Shown here: positions 62,101 through 64,000 of the stretch, in pieces | Layout: the number at the start of each line of letters is the position of its first letter | How positions within the stretch are numbered: the stretch's first letter is position 1 | DNA from: the human T2T-CHM13v2.0 reference genome, Homo sapiens | DNA: 64,000 nucleotides | Reading direction: 5' to 3' (one strand) | Assembly: GCF_009914755.1 (NCBI RefSeq) | Contig: NC_060932.1 | The notes under the pieces: model-generated | Seen by the model: only the letters and a program-made list of their open reading frames with translations | Databases searched by the model: none | Told to the model about the DNA's origin: nothing | Position numbers and translations under genes: made by a program

Positions 62101-64000
62101 ACCTACCCGAGACTGGGTGATTTATGCAGGAAAGAGATTTCATGGACTCACAGTTCCACATGGCTGGGGAGGCCTCACAATCATGGTAGAAGACAAAAGG
62201 AGCAAGTCAAGTCTTACGTGGGTGGCAGCAGGCAAAGAGAGAGCTTCTGCAGGGAAACTCCCTATATAAAACCATCAGATCTTGTGAAACTTATTCACTA
62301 CCATGAGAACAGCATGGGAAAGACCTGCCTCCATGATTCAATTACCTCCCACCAGGTCCCTCCAACACATAGGAATTCAAGATGACATTTGGGTGGGAAC
62401 ACAGCCAAACCCTATCACTGTCCATCCTCGATCGAGTCTTTAGTAAATGTTTGATGCTGAGACAGTGGACATCTTGTGATGGTATGAGGGGGTCTCATTA
62501 TTGCAGAAAATGTGGGTGATGGTATCCATAAGGGAAAAAGAGCTCAACTCTTCTGTGATCACCAGGGTGGGTGCCATGGTTGGTCTGGTCCAATTGTAGA
62601 AGAGCTGGTGGCCATGGTGTTGAGAATTAAGATAGTTAAGGCTCTCAAAGGAGCTTGGTTCCCTTGATGAACCACTTTTAGGGGGACTGGAGCCTTTCCT
62701 AATTTGACTTAGTCTGTGCTCATGCCACAACTTTAATAAGCATGACTTTAGGAGGCCACTGTGTTGCTTGAGGAGGCCAGTGGCTAAGTGAGGGTCCCCT
62801 AACCCCCATGCTGAGTTGCCCAGCACCACCCTGAAGTGGGAGCCCTGATCTGCATCAGTGATATCTGGTGGTTCACAAGAGGTAATAGAGCAAATGTCAC
62901 AGAAAGAGAGCACCTTTCTCTACCAAGAGCCTTGGGTTGGAAGAGTCAATGGAAGTGCGGTGGATGTGTGTCTGCTCCTGCACAGCAGAAGGTGGTGGCT
63001 GTGATGGGAGAGGCCCAGTGAAGTCCATTTGCCACCAGCTGAAAGGGTGATGGCCCAGGAACAAGGGATTGCTGGCCACAGTTTTGCTTGCCTGAAGCTA
63101 TGGTGGGAGACAGCTGTGGTGTGGGTTGCCCTCTAATGTGGCTGTAGCTCTCATGATCTGGGGCTGTAGGACTCCACTCTGTCAGCACCTGAGGAATACA
63201 GAACTTGAGATTCTGGAGTCTGTAAAAATAAGAGGATCTCACCCAAGCCCTGGGAGGTGCATCTGACCGCTAACCTCCTGGGGACAGGACATCAGGGGCT
63301 GTCAGCAGGCTCAGTCTGGAGGCCAAAGATGGCAGTCGTCTCACTGTGGATGCCTCACCCTTCGAGTGGTGGAAAGTAGCCTGGGCATGTTTGTTCTGAA
63401 TGCATGAGGCATGAATCACCTATAGGAGGACTGGAGTGTCCCCTAATTTGACCCAAACAGGTCCACGCCACAGAGGCCATTCCAGAGGCATTGGATCCAG
63501 GGCACTCACAATATGTTGGGCACAGCCCAGGAATCTGTAAAAACTGTCCCCGAGTGGGGGTTATGGCCACAGCAACCTCCCCTGCAACCGGCACCACCAG
63601 CTGTATGGCTGGGCTCAGCATACCCTCCCCTCCTATGCAGGCCCTGCTGTGATAAATGTGGGAGGTGGTTGCTGGCCAGTGGGCTCCCGGCCTGCAGGGC
63701 AGTGCTGCCTTCCCTGAGGTATGTGGACTCCCCATGTCCAACTCTTCCCATGGCCTCATCAGGTCACCAATTGTTCGGGCAATAGGGTCGCTGCTGCTAT
63801 TTCTCTCTGCTTGTAGGCAGGAGCTGAATAACAGGGAAACCATGGCCTCAGCTTCCTGTCACTTGAAAGGACTTAAGTGCCAGGTTTGGCTTGTCCTACA
63901 AGTGCTGTTCCCATTTTCCCAGGGAGACATGAATGGCTGAGCCTCTGTCAGGAGGAGTCAGACATGGGGCATGGCTGGAGTCTGGGGACACAGCAGCACC
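59130..64000 (-). mobile_element. Decayed ERVL-class provirus internal sequence (gag/pol remnants)
   Basis: Integrase motif WQMDFTGPLP (ORF 62897-63079) and RNase H motif FTDSWAV (ORF 63506-63751). Weaker pol-like pieces at 59135-59341 and 60644-61012. Confidence 0.75.
62069..62417 (-). mobile_element. THE1 solo LTR inserted in the ERVL remnant
   Basis: tgtattagtccattttcatgctgc...acagccaaaccctatca, 5-bp TSD ctatc/ctgtc. Confidence 0.93.

Noticed and set aside
59130-64000. Domesticated retroviral gene
   Set aside because: The pol motifs are scattered over short frames with many stops and a THE1 insertion.

Overview
Primate DNA, almost certainly human, from the 8p23.1 defensin cluster. Two intact minus-strand alpha-defensin genes were rebuilt exon by exon. 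DEFA6 (Paneth-cell HD6; 2 exons, 100 aa) has CDS join 47034-46842, 45927-45818. DEFA4 (neutrophil HNP-4; 3 exons, 97 aa) has non-coding exon 1 at ~58918-58995 and CDS join 57591-57420, 56833-56712. The first ~45 kb are intergenic (from known gene order, between DEFB1 and DEFA6) and mostly repeats: Alu, L1, L2, MIR, MaLR/ERV LTRs, a near full-length Hsmar1 and an RPL23A processed pseudogene. The last 5 kb are decayed ERVL-class pol sequence. I found no new protein-coding system, and almost all ORF-track entries are repeat or antisense noise. The best leads are regulatory and evolutionary. (1) DEFA4's myeloid promoter and exon 1 look like an exapted ERVL LTR bolted onto a DEFA6-type two-exon gene, whose old promoter survives in intron 1 with both TCF motifs decayed. 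(2) The DEFA4 3'UTR holds a still-open, out-of-frame second copy of the mature defensin. (3) There are two local inverted duplications, one with a ~94% identical core. (4) A VNTR of ~13 CTAGGTCA nuclear-receptor half-sites lies next to DEFA6. (5) CTCF-like motifs bracket DEFA6. (6) The RPL23A retrocopy has an internal tandem expansion that restores a 178-aa ORF. Repeat family names and boundaries were assigned by eye and are approximate.
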